Shown here: one piece after another, positions 1 through 10,034 of the stretch
Numbering within the stretch: position 1 is the first letter of the stretch
How the letters are laid out: each line of letters opens with the position of its first letter
Origin: Bacteroidota bacterium
Lineage (GTDB): Bacteria > Bacteroidota > Bacteroidia > Chitinophagales > JADIYW01
DNA length: 44,297 nucleotides
Assembly (NCBI GenBank): GCA_020436175.1
Contig: JAGQYH010000002.1
Span: 1 to 44,297 of the forward strand
Direction: 5' to 3'
Translations under genes and position numbers: made by a program
The notes under the pieces: generated by a model
What the model saw: only the letters and a program-made list of their open reading frames with translations
The model's database searches: none
What the model was told of the DNA's origin: nothing

Positions 1-133
1 ACTCTTTGAGTTGTTTATCTAATAACTGCAACTTAGGGCCGTTGTTGGTTAGCCAAGCCGATTCAAATACGTCTCTAGCGTGTTCAATGAAATCCTCAAA
101 AGAGGGTATATAAGGCTTGGTTACTTGAATCAT
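1..133 (-). CDS. DegT/DnrJ/EryC1/StrS-family sugar aminotransferase, N-terminal fragment (gene continues past the left edge)
   Basis: Too short for the ORF track. The reverse complement starts with ATG at 133 and reads MIQVTKPYIPSFEDFIEHARDVFESAWLTNNGPKLQLLDKQLKE. The KPY.P...W.TNNGP pattern is the usual N-terminus of this PLP aminotransferase family. It starts 5 nt after the stop of the upstream GT10-like gene. Confidence 0.55.
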   Translation of the reverse strand, partial: MIQVTKPYIPSFEDFIEHARDVFESAWLTNNGPKLQLLDKQLKE

Positions 134-138
134 TTGTT

Positions 139-1155
139 TTAGTTTGCCTTTTTAATTCGTTTAATCATATACTGTCTTGCTAAGTACAATTGATCTCTAA
201 AAAGTTTTTTTTCTAAGTAATGAGATTGTGGCTTTAATGTTCTTGTTACTGATTGTTTAAAATTGGGATGAACATTTGCTCTTAAAAGAGTGGTAATCCA
301 AGGAAAGAACTGATACTCATCCAAAATTTTATGTTTGGACATAATTACGGCATCTATCATTTTTTCATAAGGATCTTCCGCTAGTAATGTTTCTATGGTA
401 GCAATCGCTTTTTCGGGATTATTAATGTCAATTTTAATAAAGCTATTGGGATCAAAGAAATCATCAATATTCGGCGCTCCATGATAGATAGGAACGCAAT
501 TGGCTAAATAGCAGTCTGTCAATTTCTCAGTGAAATAACCTTTTGCTTGTTCATTTTCAATAGCAATAGAGTATTTGTAAGGAAGTAGACCCTCATTTTT
601 ATTAGGGATAGGATTAAAACCAATTCCAAAAACATCTAATCGATCTTTAAAATGTCCAATTAATTGATTAACAAAGGCAAATCTTAATTTATGCCCTTCT
701 TTTTTTACTCTATCAGAAGAAATTACACTAATCGTTTTTGATTTTTCAAAAGTTGTGGACTTTAAAGTATCGTAGTTGTTTTGCAAGTGCCAGCCATTAA
801 CATAATAGGTTGGTATGATAGAGGGGTGTTTCTTTCCTTTTAATTCAATATCGGTTCTTGAAGTAATCACATAGTCGAATTGAGATAAAAAACTTGCTTC
901 CGGTTTTTTTTGAGGATCAATTTCCATAGTTACATAAACCAATCCGTTTTTTGGTGTTGAATTTCCTCTAATTTTATTGGCACCTTCAATAATAACTTGA
1001 ATAGCATCACCACTCATAGGCTTGTTAAATGTAAAGTTGAATTCCTCCCAAGCGTTAGTTTGTTGTTCAGGGAGCTGTTTCAACCACCCCATTTGATCAA
1101 GGTGATCTCCTTCAAATGAAATGATATTTACTTTTAGAGATGTTTTTTTATTCAT
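139..1155 (-). CDS. Glycosyltransferase family 10-like (putative alpha-1,3/4-fucosyltransferase)
   Basis: ORF 139..1170; TTG at 1170, first ATG at 1155 (MNKKTSLK). YKYSIAIENEQAKGYFTEKLTDCYLANCVPIY resembles the FENS...Y.TEK block of GT10 fucosyltransferases. gmd and fcl (GDP-fucose synthesis) lie in the same locus. Confidence 0.65.
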   Translation of the reverse strand: MNKKTSLKVNIISFEGDHLDQMGWLKQLPEQQTNAWEEFNFTFNKPMSGDAIQVIIEGANKIRGNSTPKNGLVYVTMEIDPQKKPEASFLSQFDYVITSRTDIELKGKKHPSIIPTYYVNGWHLQNNYDTLKSTTFEKSKTISVISSDRVKKEGHKLRFAFVNQLIGHFKDRLDVFGIGFNPIPNKNEGLLPYKYSIAIENEQAKGYFTEKLTDCYLANCVPIYHGAPNIDDFFDPNSFIKIDINNPEKAIATIETLLAEDPYEKMIDAVIMSKHKILDEYQFFPWITTLLRANVHPNFKQSVTRTLKPQSHYLEKKLFRDQLYLARQYMIKRIKKAN

Positions 1156-1392
1156 AGCTGTAATCTGCAACTCACAAATAGTATTTGAAATCTAGGGGAG
1201 TGAAGAAATTCTTATCTCTTGGGCATATCAGTGTGATATTGTCATGATATCGTGTTTTACTTCAATGTTGGCATTTGGCATCAAATTATTAATAAAGGAG
1301 CGCAGTTCTTTCATTGTTGGGTAATCATTTTATTTATAATTAGAATCATAATGTCTTTGTAATCTATTCTATGTTTTTAAAGAAGTGTGACT

Positions 1393-2079
1393 TTAAATTT
1401 TAAGATCTTTAAGAATAAAAATTTCATCGGCACCAGCATCAAATATCTTTTTATACCCTTTCTTCTTTAGATATCCACTAACTGTATTTTGCTTAAAGTC
1501 GGCTATAAATCGACGCCATTTTTTTGCAATTCTAAAATTATTTTCAATACTAAAAGATTTAATAGTAATTCTATCTAAATCTATTGTTTTCAATATAGAA
1601 AGTTCACCACCTTCCGTGTCAATATTACAATAGTCAATAGTATCGTATCCTAGGCTTAATAATTTATCGGTTATATTAATTGTATCCACTTCAATAACTT
1701 CCTTTTCGGTTAGTCCTTCTTTTTTCATATCTCTGTCAATTCGTGCCATATGTCTAACGTCATATTTATCTATAAGACCGTTCAATGGTTCAAGACCTGG
1801 AATATTTAGATAATCCATTTTGCCATCTTTTTCAGAAACAGCGGCATTAAGACAAATGCAATTTCTATTTTCAGCTAGTTGCTTGTATATTTTTGGATTT
1901 GGTTCAACACATACACCGGTCCAATTTTTATACTTTTCAAAGTAATAAGAGTTGCTAAGATGGACACCATCATATGCCCCTATATCTAAGAATGTTCCAT
2001 TTGATTTACCTTTAAAAACAATCTCGTTGATATATTTATCTTGACCGTATTGACTTTTATAATCTTTTTCTGTACTCAT
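1393..2079 (-). CDS. FkbM-family SAM-dependent methyltransferase
   Basis: 228 aa. FLDIGAYDG (SAM-binding glycine-rich motif) and NIDTEGGELSILK are typical of the FkbM family. Its start overlaps the wzt stop by 1 nt (TAATG at 2077-2081). Confidence 0.8.
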   Translation of the reverse strand: MSTEKDYKSQYGQDKYINEIVFKGKSNGTFLDIGAYDGVHLSNSYYFEKYKNWTGVCVEPNPKIYKQLAENRNCICLNAAVSEKDGKMDYLNIPGLEPLNGLIDKYDVRHMARIDRDMKKEGLTEKEVIEVDTINITDKLLSLGYDTIDYCNIDTEGGELSILKTIDLDRITIKSFSIENNFRIAKKWRRFIADFKQNTVSGYLKKKGYKKIFDAGADEIFILKDLKI

Positions 2080-3398
2080 TATTTCTTATACCATTTAATG
2101 TTAGGATTGATTTGCATTTTTCTTTTATGTGAATGAAGACCACTATATCCTCTTAGCCCGACTAGTGAAAAACTTATTCCAATATTTGGTGCGGTTGTCC
2201 TATTATATATCATCCGATCATCTAAAAGTCCAATAAAGCTATATATTTTATAATCACCCTCGTTTAATATATTGGTTGGTAATTCTATAATAAAATGTAC
2301 TTTTCCTAAGCTCAGTTCTGTAAAACTAGGCTCATTAGAATCGGTATTGCAACCAAAATATATCAATTGATCAGCATCATTATATAATTCAAAACCAATG
2401 TTTAATCTTTTATCCTTGTTGTTTAATGTGCCGATTAGATGAAGAAAAGTAGTTTCTTGTTCCGCAAAGATATTGGCTATACCTATAGGCTCACTATCCT
2501 TAGAAAGGCTTATGTACATGCTTTCTAATTCAAAACATTCATTTTGAAATTTTACATCATCTTCTTTTTTATTCCAAAATGGTACTTGTGATATATTTTT
2601 ATGGGTATCGTATAAATACTTTTGAATTACTTTTTGAGATTCTCCTTGAAAAACTATTTGTCCAGCATCAAGTAAGATAGATTTTGGACACAATTGCATT
2701 ATACTGGTCATATTATGGCTCACAAAAAGTACAGTACGCTTACCTCCTTTACTGATGTCTTGCATTTTTCCAATAGCTCTTTTTTGGAATTCAGCATCAC
2801 CCACTGCGAGTACTTCATCTACAATTAGTATTTCGGGTTCTAAAAAAGCAGCAACTGCAAACCCTAAACGTACCTTCATACCTGAAGAATATCTTTTAAT
2901 GGGTGTGTCAACATATTTGGCACAACCGCTAAAATCAATAATTTCATCAAAGCTTGCCTTTACTTCACTTTTAGTCATTCCAAGTATAGCGCCATTGAGC
3001 ATTACATTTTCACGCCCAGTTAATTCGGGGTGCATACCAGTGCCAATTTCAAGTAACGAGGCAACTCTGCCTCGCATTATAACTTCACCTTTCGTTGGGG
3101 CTGTAATTCTAGATAAAATTTTCAATAGTGTGCTTTTGCCTGCGCCGTTTTTACCAATAATTCCTAAGATTTCACCTTTCTCAACCTTAAAATTAATGTC
3201 TTTGAGTGCCCAAGCATAATCTGAATTGCTTACAACGCTTCTATCGTTGACTTGACCAACTTTAGCATAAGGGTCTTCTTTTCCACGAACTTTATGCCAC
3301 CATCTATTTAAATCGTGCGATAATGTTCCTGTTCCAACTTCTCCTAACCTATAAAGTTTAGACATTTTGTTAACCTCAATTGCGTAATTATCTTTCAT
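2079..3398 (-). CDS. wzt: Polysaccharide/O-antigen ABC exporter ATP-binding protein Wzt with extended C-terminal domain
   Basis: Walker A GKNGAGKSTLLK, ABC signature YSSGMKVRL, Walker B ILIVDEVLAVGD. About 190 extra C-terminal residues beyond the nucleotide-binding domain, as in Wzt proteins with a glycan-binding C-domain. Adjacent to an ABC-2 permease. Confidence 0.9.
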   Translation of the reverse strand: MKDNYAIEVNKMSKLYRLGEVGTGTLSHDLNRWWHKVRGKEDPYAKVGQVNDRSVVSNSDYAWALKDINFKVEKGEILGIIGKNGAGKSTLLKILSRITAPTKGEVIMRGRVASLLEIGTGMHPELTGRENVMLNGAILGMTKSEVKASFDEIIDFSGCAKYVDTPIKRYSSGMKVRLGFAVAAFLEPEILIVDEVLAVGDAEFQKRAIGKMQDISKGGKRTVLFVSHNMTSIMQLCPKSILLDAGQIVFQGESQKVIQKYLYDTHKNISQVPFWNKKEDDVKFQNECFELESMYISLSKDSEPIGIANIFAEQETTFLHLIGTLNNKDKRLNIGFELYNDADQLIYFGCNTDSNEPSFTELSLGKVHFIIELPTNILNEGDYKIYSFIGLLDDRMIYNRTTAPNIGISFSLVGLRGYSGLHSHKRKMQINPNIKWYKK

Positions 3399-3424
3399 TT
3401 ATATCTAGTGTGATTAAGTTAAAA

Positions 3425-4288
3425 TTATACTGTATCCATAAAGTTTTTCTCTGTTTTGTTAAAAACAATTATTCCGAGGAATAAAATAATTGTCATAAAA
3501 ACGAATGAATAACCTAAATGCCACCAATTAAATGTGCCAGCCCCTAAAAACCCAACTTTAAAAGTCTCAATAATTGAAGTCATAGGGTTTAAAACGGCAA
3601 ATGTTCTGTATTTTTCAGGAATAGTAGAAAGAGGGTATATAACTGGTGTAGCATACATAAACAATTGTATGCCGAACTCTAATAAAAATGATAAATCTCT
3701 ATATTTAGTAGTTAAAGATGTTACTATAATTCCTAAACCCAAACCTAGTCCCGAAATCATTATTACTAAAAGAGGTACTAGAAATATTTGCCATTGCGGT
3801 TGGATATTAGTACCAATAGAAATGAAATAGAAATAAAACATTAAGAATAGTAGGAACTGTATTGTAAATTTTAATAAATTAGAAATAACCACTGAAATAG
3901 GACTTACTAACCTTGGGAAATATACTTTTCCGAAAATATGTTGATTATCTCTAAATGTAGTGGAAGTTTTTAGAATTGAATCTTTGAAATAGTTCCATAA
4001 AGTTGTTCCGGCTAAATAAAACAACATTGGTGGGACTCCATCTGTAGATATTTGTGCCAATCGGCCAAAAATAACCGTAAAAATAAGAGAGGTAAAGATG
4101 GGTTGGATAAAAAACCATAATGGCCCCAAAACAGTTTGCTTATAAACGGCAACAAAATCTCTTCTTACAAGCAGATATAATAAGTCGCGATAAGCCCAAA
4201 CTTCGTTTAAGTTTAATGAAAAGGCACTTCTATCCTTAGAAAAAACATGAGTTTTCTCCTTTACATTATTAAATGTAGAATCACTCAT
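3425..4288 (-). CDS. wzm: ABC-2 type polysaccharide exporter permease Wzm
   Basis: 287 aa polytopic membrane protein with an ABC-2 (Wzm/TagG/KpsM-like) N-terminus (RDLLYLLVRRDFVAVYKQTVLGPLWFFIQP). Immediately upstream of wzt. Confidence 0.9.
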   Translation of the reverse strand: MSDSTFNNVKEKTHVFSKDRSAFSLNLNEVWAYRDLLYLLVRRDFVAVYKQTVLGPLWFFIQPIFTSLIFTVIFGRLAQISTDGVPPMLFYLAGTTLWNYFKDSILKTSTTFRDNQHIFGKVYFPRLVSPISVVISNLLKFTIQFLLFLMFYFYFISIGTNIQPQWQIFLVPLLVIMISGLGLGLGIIVTSLTTKYRDLSFLLEFGIQLFMYATPVIYPLSTIPEKYRTFAVLNPMTSIIETFKVGFLGAGTFNWWHLGYSFVFMTIILFLGIIVFNKTEKNFMDTV

Positions 4289-4314
4289 TATTAATAATTA
4301 TTTTAGTTTCTAAA

Positions 4315-4839
4315 TTATCCATTGTAAATCAGTAAAAATTCTTTTGAGTTAAAGCTTAGTTTCAATGCTTCTTCATTAGTATAGATAATATATTTAATTT
4401 TTTTACCGGAGGCTTTTTCCGCTTTACTAACGGTTTCCAATAAATAACTTTTATTGATGTCTCCCACTAATATTAAATCAATTATATCCCCATTTTTACC
4501 CTTTGCTAAATCACCTGTTAAATAAGCTTTTTCGAGGTTACCTAAACCTTTGACAATATTATCTACAATTTGGTCAATACCTGCGTATTTTCTAACAATT
4601 TGTTGAATTGAATTATATAAAGAGTGTTTTTTGTTTACCTGAAACACCTTTTTATTGCCTTCCGAAACAGATTTAATCATACCCGCTTCTTCTAATCGAT
4701 TTAATTCCAATCGAACCGAATTGCTGGATTCGTCAAATTCTGTCGCTAGGCCCCTTAAGTAGGCAGAAGTATTGGGGTTCAAAAAGAACTTGAGGAGTAG
4801 TTTAATTCTGGTTTTAGATGTAATTAATGCCTCGAGCAT
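4315..4839 (-). CDS. Winged-helix (ArsR-like) transcriptional regulator with C-terminal uncharacterised domain
   Basis: The N-terminal KTRIKLLLKFFLNPNTSAYLRGLATEFDESSNSVRLELNRLEEAGMI is a typical wHTH. Function inferred from this motif only. Confidence 0.55.
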   Translation of the reverse strand: MLEALITSKTRIKLLLKFFLNPNTSAYLRGLATEFDESSNSVRLELNRLEEAGMIKSVSEGNKKVFQVNKKHSLYNSIQQIVRKYAGIDQIVDNIVKGLGNLEKAYLTGDLAKGKNGDIIDLILVGDINKSYLLETVSKAEKASGKKIKYIIYTNEEALKLSFNSKEFLLIYNG

Positions 4840-5059
4840 TTTTTTGTTAAAATGATGAGTTGATAATCTGTAAAGTTGTTGAGATGCTTTACTATTAAGC
4901 TGGTTGTTGTAAGTAATGTTTTGGTCTTGCGTCTTATGTCTTACTTCTAGAGTAGATATAGCTTCGCCACGTCAGTCACAGGCAAAAGTACATAAATTTT
5001 ATAGATTGAGTAAAAATTTTACTCGCTTGTTAAGTATAAATGTTTTGAATAGAGTTTTA

Positions 5060-6016
5060 TTACTCAAATGGATGTTTAACTAAAGGCAACGAAGCTAAAG
5101 GATGATAGTTACCGCTTAAACCAATTGCTTGCTGCGTTCTAATGGCATGTGCTACTTCAATCGATCTTTTGGAGATATTTAAATCAAAACCTTGATTTTT
5201 TAAAATTTCTTGGTAGCTTTTGGTATGTAGCTCCGCAAAGCCGCTGCTAAACTCTATGCTCTCTCCGTTTACATCAATCGCTCTAAAAGGAGATCGATCT
5301 TTGGAATTAGTAGGTAAAGTAATGGCGTTTATGCTTAGAAACCATCTGACAATTGCTCGTTCAAATTTCAAAGAACCAGCTGCTCTGTCGTGCGTATGTA
5401 GATGAACAGTATTTTCTTTTACATCACCAAAAAGCCAAATCAACATATCGAAAAAATGAATGCCAATATTGGTGGCAATGCCACCGGACTTTTGGATGTC
5501 GCCTTTCCAACTGGCATAATACCAAAGGCCGCGAGGGGCAATATAAGTTAAATCAACTTTGTAAAATTCTTCTTTTGCACCGCTATCAATTTTTTGTTTG
5601 AGTGCGAAAATGCTAGGATGGTAGCGTAATTGTAAAATGGTATAGATTTTTTTACCTGTCTCTCTTTCTACCAGTTTTAATCCATCAATGTTCCACGGAT
5701 TAAGTACTATCGGTTTCTCACAGATAACATCTGCACCATGTTTAAGCCCAAACCTAATATGCGCATCGTGCAAATAATTCGGACTGCAAACCACAACATA
5801 ATCTATTGAAATGCCTTTTCTTTTTAACTTTTCAAGATGGCGGTCAAATCTTTCAAATTCAGTAAAAAATGCAGCTTCGGGGAAATAACTATCCATTATG
5901 CCTACTGAATCATTCTTATCATAGGCTGCCAATAAGTTTCCATTGTTCTCATGAATGGCTTTCATGTGCTTTGGGGCAATGTAGCCCGCTGCTCCTATAA
6001 GAACGAAGTTTTTCAA
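5060..6016 (-). CDS. Gfo/Idh/MocA-family oxidoreductase, WbpB-like (UDP-GlcNAcA 3-dehydrogenase type)
   Basis: N-terminal Rossmann motif VLIGAAGYIAPKH. 318 aa. Clustered with WbpE-like aminotransferase and WbpD-like acetyltransferase genes. Confidence 0.75.
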   Translation of the reverse strand: MKNFVLIGAAGYIAPKHMKAIHENNGNLLAAYDKNDSVGIMDSYFPEAAFFTEFERFDRHLEKLKRKGISIDYVVVCSPNYLHDAHIRFGLKHGADVICEKPIVLNPWNIDGLKLVERETGKKIYTILQLRYHPSIFALKQKIDSGAKEEFYKVDLTYIAPRGLWYYASWKGDIQKSGGIATNIGIHFFDMLIWLFGDVKENTVHLHTHDRAAGSLKFERAIVRWFLSINAITLPTNSKDRSPFRAIDVNGESIEFSSGFAELHTKSYQEILKNQGFDLNISKRSIEVAHAIRTQQAIGLSGNYHPLASLPLVKHPFE

Positions 6017-6068
6017 TGATGTTCTGTTAAGTTGTTTTGTCGAAAAGTTGCTGATATGAAATAATGTG

Positions 6069-6425
6069 TCATTTTAATTTTTTATGATATGCGTTAAGCT
6101 TGTTTGAAAGCTCTTCAATTAGCTTTCTGGTATCATTTAGTTCGTTCAAAGTTAGAAAGCCTAGCCTATTACATACAATTGTAAAGCTAAGCACTTCCAT
6201 TAATGAACTGTAAGCTATTTGAAAAAATCTTGCCTTGTCTTTATTACTTAAACGTGAAGCCCCTTCAGCTATATTGGCCGTGACAGAATTTGAAGCCCTT
6301 CGAATTTGACTAACAATACCAAATTTTTCTTCTGATGGAAATGAAGCTGTTATTTCATAAATTTTCACTGTGATTGTTACACTTAACTCCCAAATTTCTA
6401 GTTTTTCAAATGGATATTGATGCAT
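6069..6425 (-). CDS. Four-helix-bundle protein (23S rRNA intervening-sequence protein family)
   Basis: 118 aa. FEKLEIWELS...IRRASNSVTANIAEGASR...ARFFQIAYSSLMEV is the characteristic pattern of this family. Confidence 0.8.
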   Translation of the reverse strand: MHQYPFEKLEIWELSVTITVKIYEITASFPSEEKFGIVSQIRRASNSVTANIAEGASRLSNKDKARFFQIAYSSLMEVLSFTIVCNRLGFLTLNELNDTRKLIEELSNKLNAYHKKLK

Positions 6426-6439
6426 ACTTCAAATTTAAA

Positions 6440-6479
6440 CAACTCAACAACTCAACAACTCAACAACTCAACAACTTCT
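6440..6479. repeat. Tandem octamer repeat (CAACTCAA)x4 plus a degenerate fifth unit
   Basis: Read directly: caactcaa caactcaa caactcaa caactcaa caacttct. It lies between the four-helix-bundle gene and the 3' end of the acetyltransferase gene, whose stop codon falls inside the repeat. Confidence 0.9.
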
Positions 6480-7052
6480 CACCTTCACAACTTTCCCATC
6501 GTTTAGTCTATATTCATCACCAGATGATTTACATTGTGCAGACCCCTTACCATTAAACTCTAACCGATTACCATATTCACTCATCCATCCGATTTGCTTT
6601 GCCGGGTTGCCCACTACCAATGCGTAGTTTGGCACATCAGTGGTAACAACCGCACCGGCTCCAATAAATGCGAACGCCCCAATGGTATTGCCGCAAACAA
6701 TAGTAGCATTGGCGCCAATTGTCGCACCTTTTTTTACCAAGGTTTTAGCATATTCATCTCTCCTGTTAACAGCACTTCTGGGATTGGTAACATTAGTAAA
6801 AACCATTGAAGGGCCAAGAAACACATCATCTTCGCAAATGACACCCGTATATATGGAAACATTGTTTTGAACTTTTACATTATTGCCGAGCACTACATTG
6901 TCCGAAATGAAAACATTTTGGCCTAAGTTGCAATTTTTACCGATAATAGCCTTTCCCATCAAATGCGAAAAATGCCATATTTGGGTGCCTTCTCCAATTT
7001 GACATCCGTCATCAATTACAGCCGATTCATGTGCAAAATAGTGAGCTGACAT
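6468..7052 (-). CDS. Hexapeptide-repeat N-acetyltransferase, WbpD-like
   Basis: Left-handed beta-helix hexapeptide repeats throughout ([39 protein letters not shown]). Start overlaps the upstream aminotransferase stop (TAATG). Confidence 0.8.
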   Translation of the reverse strand: MSAHYFAHESAVIDDGCQIGEGTQIWHFSHLMGKAIIGKNCNLGQNVFISDNVVLGNNVKVQNNVSIYTGVICEDDVFLGPSMVFTNVTNPRSAVNRRDEYAKTLVKKGATIGANATIVCGNTIGAFAFIGAGAVVTTDVPNYALVVGNPAKQIGWMSEYGNRLEFNGKGSAQCKSSGDEYRLNDGKVVKVRSC

Positions 7053-8176
7053 TATCTATAAAATTCTTTAACTGAGCTACTAATATAATCCAAAATCTCA
7101 TTGTTCATTTCGGTATGAATGGGTAATGAAATGACGGTGTCACACAATTCATTGGTGTTCGGAAATTCATTTGCATCAATAGATGGATCGAAAAAAGCCT
7201 TTTGCCGATAGAGTGGCAATGGATAATAGATCATTGTAGGAATTTTCTTCTCACTTAAAAATGCTCTTAGTTCGTTCCTTGAATTCTTAGCAACCTTTAA
7301 CGTGTATTGATGAAATACATGGCTGGAATAGTCAGCTCTATTGGGCAAACATACCTCATTAACTTGGGCAAGAGTCTTGTCGTAGTAAGCGGCTACCTCT
7401 TGGCGGGCATTAATATATTTATCAAGATATTTTAATTTGACGCTCAGGATAGCAGCTTGTATGGCGTCTAATCTTGAGTTGATACCAATCCGCTCATGGT
7501 AATAGGTCTTAGACTGCCCATGATTACTGATCATTCTGATTTTTTGGGCTAAATCATCATCATTACAATTAATTGCTCCACCATCTCCATAACATCCCAA
7601 TGTTTTTGAAGGATAGAAAGAGGTTGTGCCGATAACACCTATTGTCCCGGTTTTCATGGTCTCATTGTTAGAAAATGTGTATTCGGCTCCAATGGCTTGT
7701 GCATTGTCTTCAATAATATAAAGTTGATTTTGCTGAGCCAATTTAACGATGGATTCCATATCGGCAGATTGACCAAACAAATGAACCGGAATGATGGCTT
7801 TAGTTGCAGGAGTAATTTTGTTTTTAATATGTTCAACACTTAGATTAAATGTATTTGGATCAACATCAACCATTACGGGTTTTAGCTTTAGGAGAGCAAT
7901 GACCTCGGCGGTAGCGACATAGGTAAAGGTGGGAACAATTACTTCATCTCCTTCTTTTAGGTCCAATGCCATCAAAGCAATCTGGAGAGCGTCAGTGCCG
8001 TTACCACAGCCGATTACATGCTTGGAATTCAGATAATCGGATAATTCTTGTTCGAATTGATGAACATAAGGTCCTTTAATATATTGAGAGGAATTTAATA
8101 CATTTTGAATGGCCTCATTAATTTCAGTTTTTATTTTTAAATACTGATTTTTTAAGTCCACCATCTGAATTTCCAT
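7052..8176 (-). CDS. DegT/DnrJ/EryC1/StrS-family aminotransferase, WbpE-like
   Basis: 374 aa. [11 protein letters not shown], the [14 protein letters not shown] region (PLP-lysine segment), and overall family-typical length and order. Confidence 0.85.
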   Translation of the reverse strand: MEIQMVDLKNQYLKIKTEINEAIQNVLNSSQYIKGPYVHQFEQELSDYLNSKHVIGCGNGTDALQIALMALDLKEGDEVIVPTFTYVATAEVIALLKLKPVMVDVDPNTFNLSVEHIKNKITPATKAIIPVHLFGQSADMESIVKLAQQNQLYIIEDNAQAIGAEYTFSNNETMKTGTIGVIGTTSFYPSKTLGCYGDGGAINCNDDDLAQKIRMISNHGQSKTYYHERIGINSRLDAIQAAILSVKLKYLDKYINARQEVAAYYDKTLAQVNEVCLPNRADYSSHVFHQYTLKVAKNSRNELRAFLSEKKIPTMIYYPLPLYRQKAFFDPSIDANEFPNTNELCDTVISLPIHTEMNNEILDYISSSVKEFYR

Positions 8177-8186
8177 ACAACTACAA

Positions 8187-8681
8187 TTATTTGCTGATAT
8201 AACTAATCTTGGTTTTCATTTTAACAACTACGCCAATAGAATCTACCAAAAGAGTGATGTGTGACTTATGTATGTCATCAATTTTTGCTTTATAATCTTT
8301 GAATGGGCCGGCAATGATATCTACTTTATCTCCTTTTTTATATTGATAAATGCTTACATCATCATAGAAATAATCGTTATCTAAAAATTGTTTAAGCATT
8401 TCAATCTCTATATCGCGAATGATTGCAGGTTTCCCAACGTAATAAACAAAATTTAAAACAGCAGGATCTTGCAAGATTATAGGGCGTTCAACTTCATTTA
8501 CATGGACAAAAATGTATGATGGAAAAATTGGCACTTGTACTTTCTTTTTTCTATCACTCCATTGTTTTATAGTGGTTTGCAATGGACAGTAAACTTCAAA
8601 GCCACTGTTTGTAAGCCTTTCAGCCACTTTCTTCTCACTTCTTGGCTTAGTATAAATAGCCATCCAATGCTTTTCTTTCAC
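8187..8681 (-). CDS. UpxY-family (NusG-like) transcription antiterminator
   Basis: 164 aa. The N-terminal WMAIYTKPRSEKKVAERL is NusG NGN-like and a KOW-like segment (GDKVDIIAGPFKDYKAKI) follows. It is the first gene of the polysaccharide operon, as in Bacteroidota capsule loci. Confidence 0.8.
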   Translation of the reverse strand: MKEKHWMAIYTKPRSEKKVAERLTNSGFEVYCPLQTTIKQWSDRKKKVQVPIFPSYIFVHVNEVERPIILQDPAVLNFVYYVGKPAIIRDIEIEMLKQFLDNDYFYDDVSIYQYKKGDKVDIIAGPFKDYKAKIDDIHKSHITLLVDSIGVVVKMKTKISYISK

Positions 8682-8695
8682 AAAACAAATTTAGT

Positions 8696-8703
8696 TACTT
8701 TTG
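8696..8703 (+). promoter_or_regulatory. Candidate Bacteroidota -7 promoter element (TAnnTTTG) for ugd
   Basis: TACTTTTG read at 8696-8703, 17 nt upstream of the ugd ATG. No clean -33 TTTG was seen. Confidence 0.3.
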
Positions 8704-8719
8704 CGGAAAATTAATATAA

Positions 8720-10030
8720 ATGAATATTGCAGTTATAGGCACCGGATATGTTGGATTGGTTTCGGGGACTTGTTTCGCTGAGACAGGAAATAATGTAATT
8801 TGTGTAGATATAGATCAACAAAAGATTGAGCGTATGCGCGCAGGGGAAATCCCCATATATGAGCCCGGCCTTAGAACTATTTTTGAAAGAAACATAAGAG
8901 AAGAGAGATTAAAATTTACAACAGATGCTGAAATGGCTGTTAACGCCTCAGAAATAGTGTTTCTGGCATTACCTACACCGCCGGGAGCTGATGGAGCGGC
9001 CGATCTTTCATTTGTCCTAAATTTTGCCGATAAAATGGCCGGATGGCTAACGGAATATAAAGTTGTAGTAGATAAAAGCACAGTGCCTGTCGGAACAGCA
9101 GAAAAGGTAGCGGCAGTTATTAAATCTAAAACGGATACCCCTTTTGATGTCGTATCCAATCCTGAATTTTTAAGAGAAGGGTCTGCGGTGGAAGATTTTT
9201 TGAAGCCTGATAGGGTGGTTATAGGTACTCGTTCCGACCGAGCTAGAAAGGTAATGGAAAGACTCTATGAACCATTTGTGAGACAAGGAAATCCAATTGT
9301 ATTTATGGATGAGCGTTCAGCAGAAATGACAAAATATGCAGCTAATTCTTACTTAGCAGCACGAATCAGTTTTATGAATGAGATTGCCAATCTATGTGAA
9401 GAAGTAGGTGCCAACGTCGACAATGTAAGATTAGGTATTGGTAGTGATACTAGAATAGGGAAAAGATTTTTATTTCCTGGAGTTGGTTACGGAGGAAGTT
9501 GTTTTCCAAAAGATGTTCAGGCATTAGCGAAAACAGCATGTGAGTATGAATATGATTTTAAAATTTTGAATGCTGTAATGGAAGTGAATGCCTTACAGAA
9601 AAAAGTACTTTCAAAAAAAATATTAGAGTATTACAAAGGGAATCTTAACGGATTAAAGTTTGCCATGTGGGGGTTGGCATTTAAACCCAACACGGATGAT
9701 ATTAGAGAGGCGCCGGCATTGGCAATAGTGGATGAATTGACCCGCAAAGGAGCATCAATCAAAGCCTTTGACCCGGAAGCGATGGAGAATGTTAAAAGCA
9801 CTATAGGAGACAAAATTGAGTATGCAGATAATATGTATGATGCTTTAAAAGATGCTGATGCCCTTTTAATCGTTACAGAATGGAGTGAGTTTAGAAATCC
9901 GGATTTTGTTAAAATTGGCGGGCTATTAAAGAAAAAAGTAATTTTTGATGGGAGGAATGTCTTTGATGTAGTATCAATGAGTGAAAAAGGATATTATTAC
10001 AACAGCATAGGGAGACCAATTAGAAATTAA
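8720..10030 (+). CDS. ugd: UDP-glucose 6-dehydrogenase
   Basis: 436 aa. [16 protein letters not shown] Rossmann start and the catalytic region GGSCFPKD. Confidence 0.9.
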   Translation: MNIAVIGTGYVGLVSGTCFAETGNNVICVDIDQQKIERMRAGEIPIYEPGLRTIFERNIREERLKFTTDAEMAVNASEIVFLALPTPPGADGAADLSFVLNFADKMAGWLTEYKVVVDKSTVPVGTAEKVAAVIKSKTDTPFDVVSNPEFLREGSAVEDFLKPDRVVIGTRSDRARKVMERLYEPFVRQGNPIVFMDERSAEMTKYAANSYLAARISFMNEIANLCEEVGANVDNVRLGIGSDTRIGKRFLFPGVGYGGSCFPKDVQALAKTACEYEYDFKILNAVMEVNALQKKVLSKKILEYYKGNLNGLKFAMWGLAFKPNTDDIREAPALAIVDELTRKGASIKAFDPEAMENVKSTIGDKIEYADNMYDALKDADALLIVTEWSEFRNPDFVKIGGLLKKKVIFDGRNVFDVVSMSEKGYYYNSIGRPIRN

Positions 10031-10034
10031 AAGT

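Noticed and set aside
1230-1316. 28-codon minus-strand ORF (MKELRSFINNLMPNANIEVKHDIMTISH) in the 220-nt gap between the FkbM and GT10 genes.
   Set aside because: It is too short and has no recognisable motif. It may be a relic of a lost gene but cannot be supported.
2755-3219. 154-aa plus-strand ORF nested antisense inside wzt. Similar antisense ORFs occur at 3534-3830, 5220-5601, 6594-6870, 7654-7839, 8815-9159, 9631-9813 and 9974-10165.
   Set aside because: Each lies fully inside a well-supported gene on the opposite strand. Their translations are low-complexity, Ser/Pro/Ile-rich and without motifs. These are typical shadow ORFs.
6440-6479. Possible CRISPR or phase-variation repeat.
   Set aside because: The units are 8 nt with no spacers, so this is not a CRISPR array. 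Phase variation of the acetyltransferase C-terminus is conceivable, but it would only change the last few residues. The point is kept as a note within the cassette finding.
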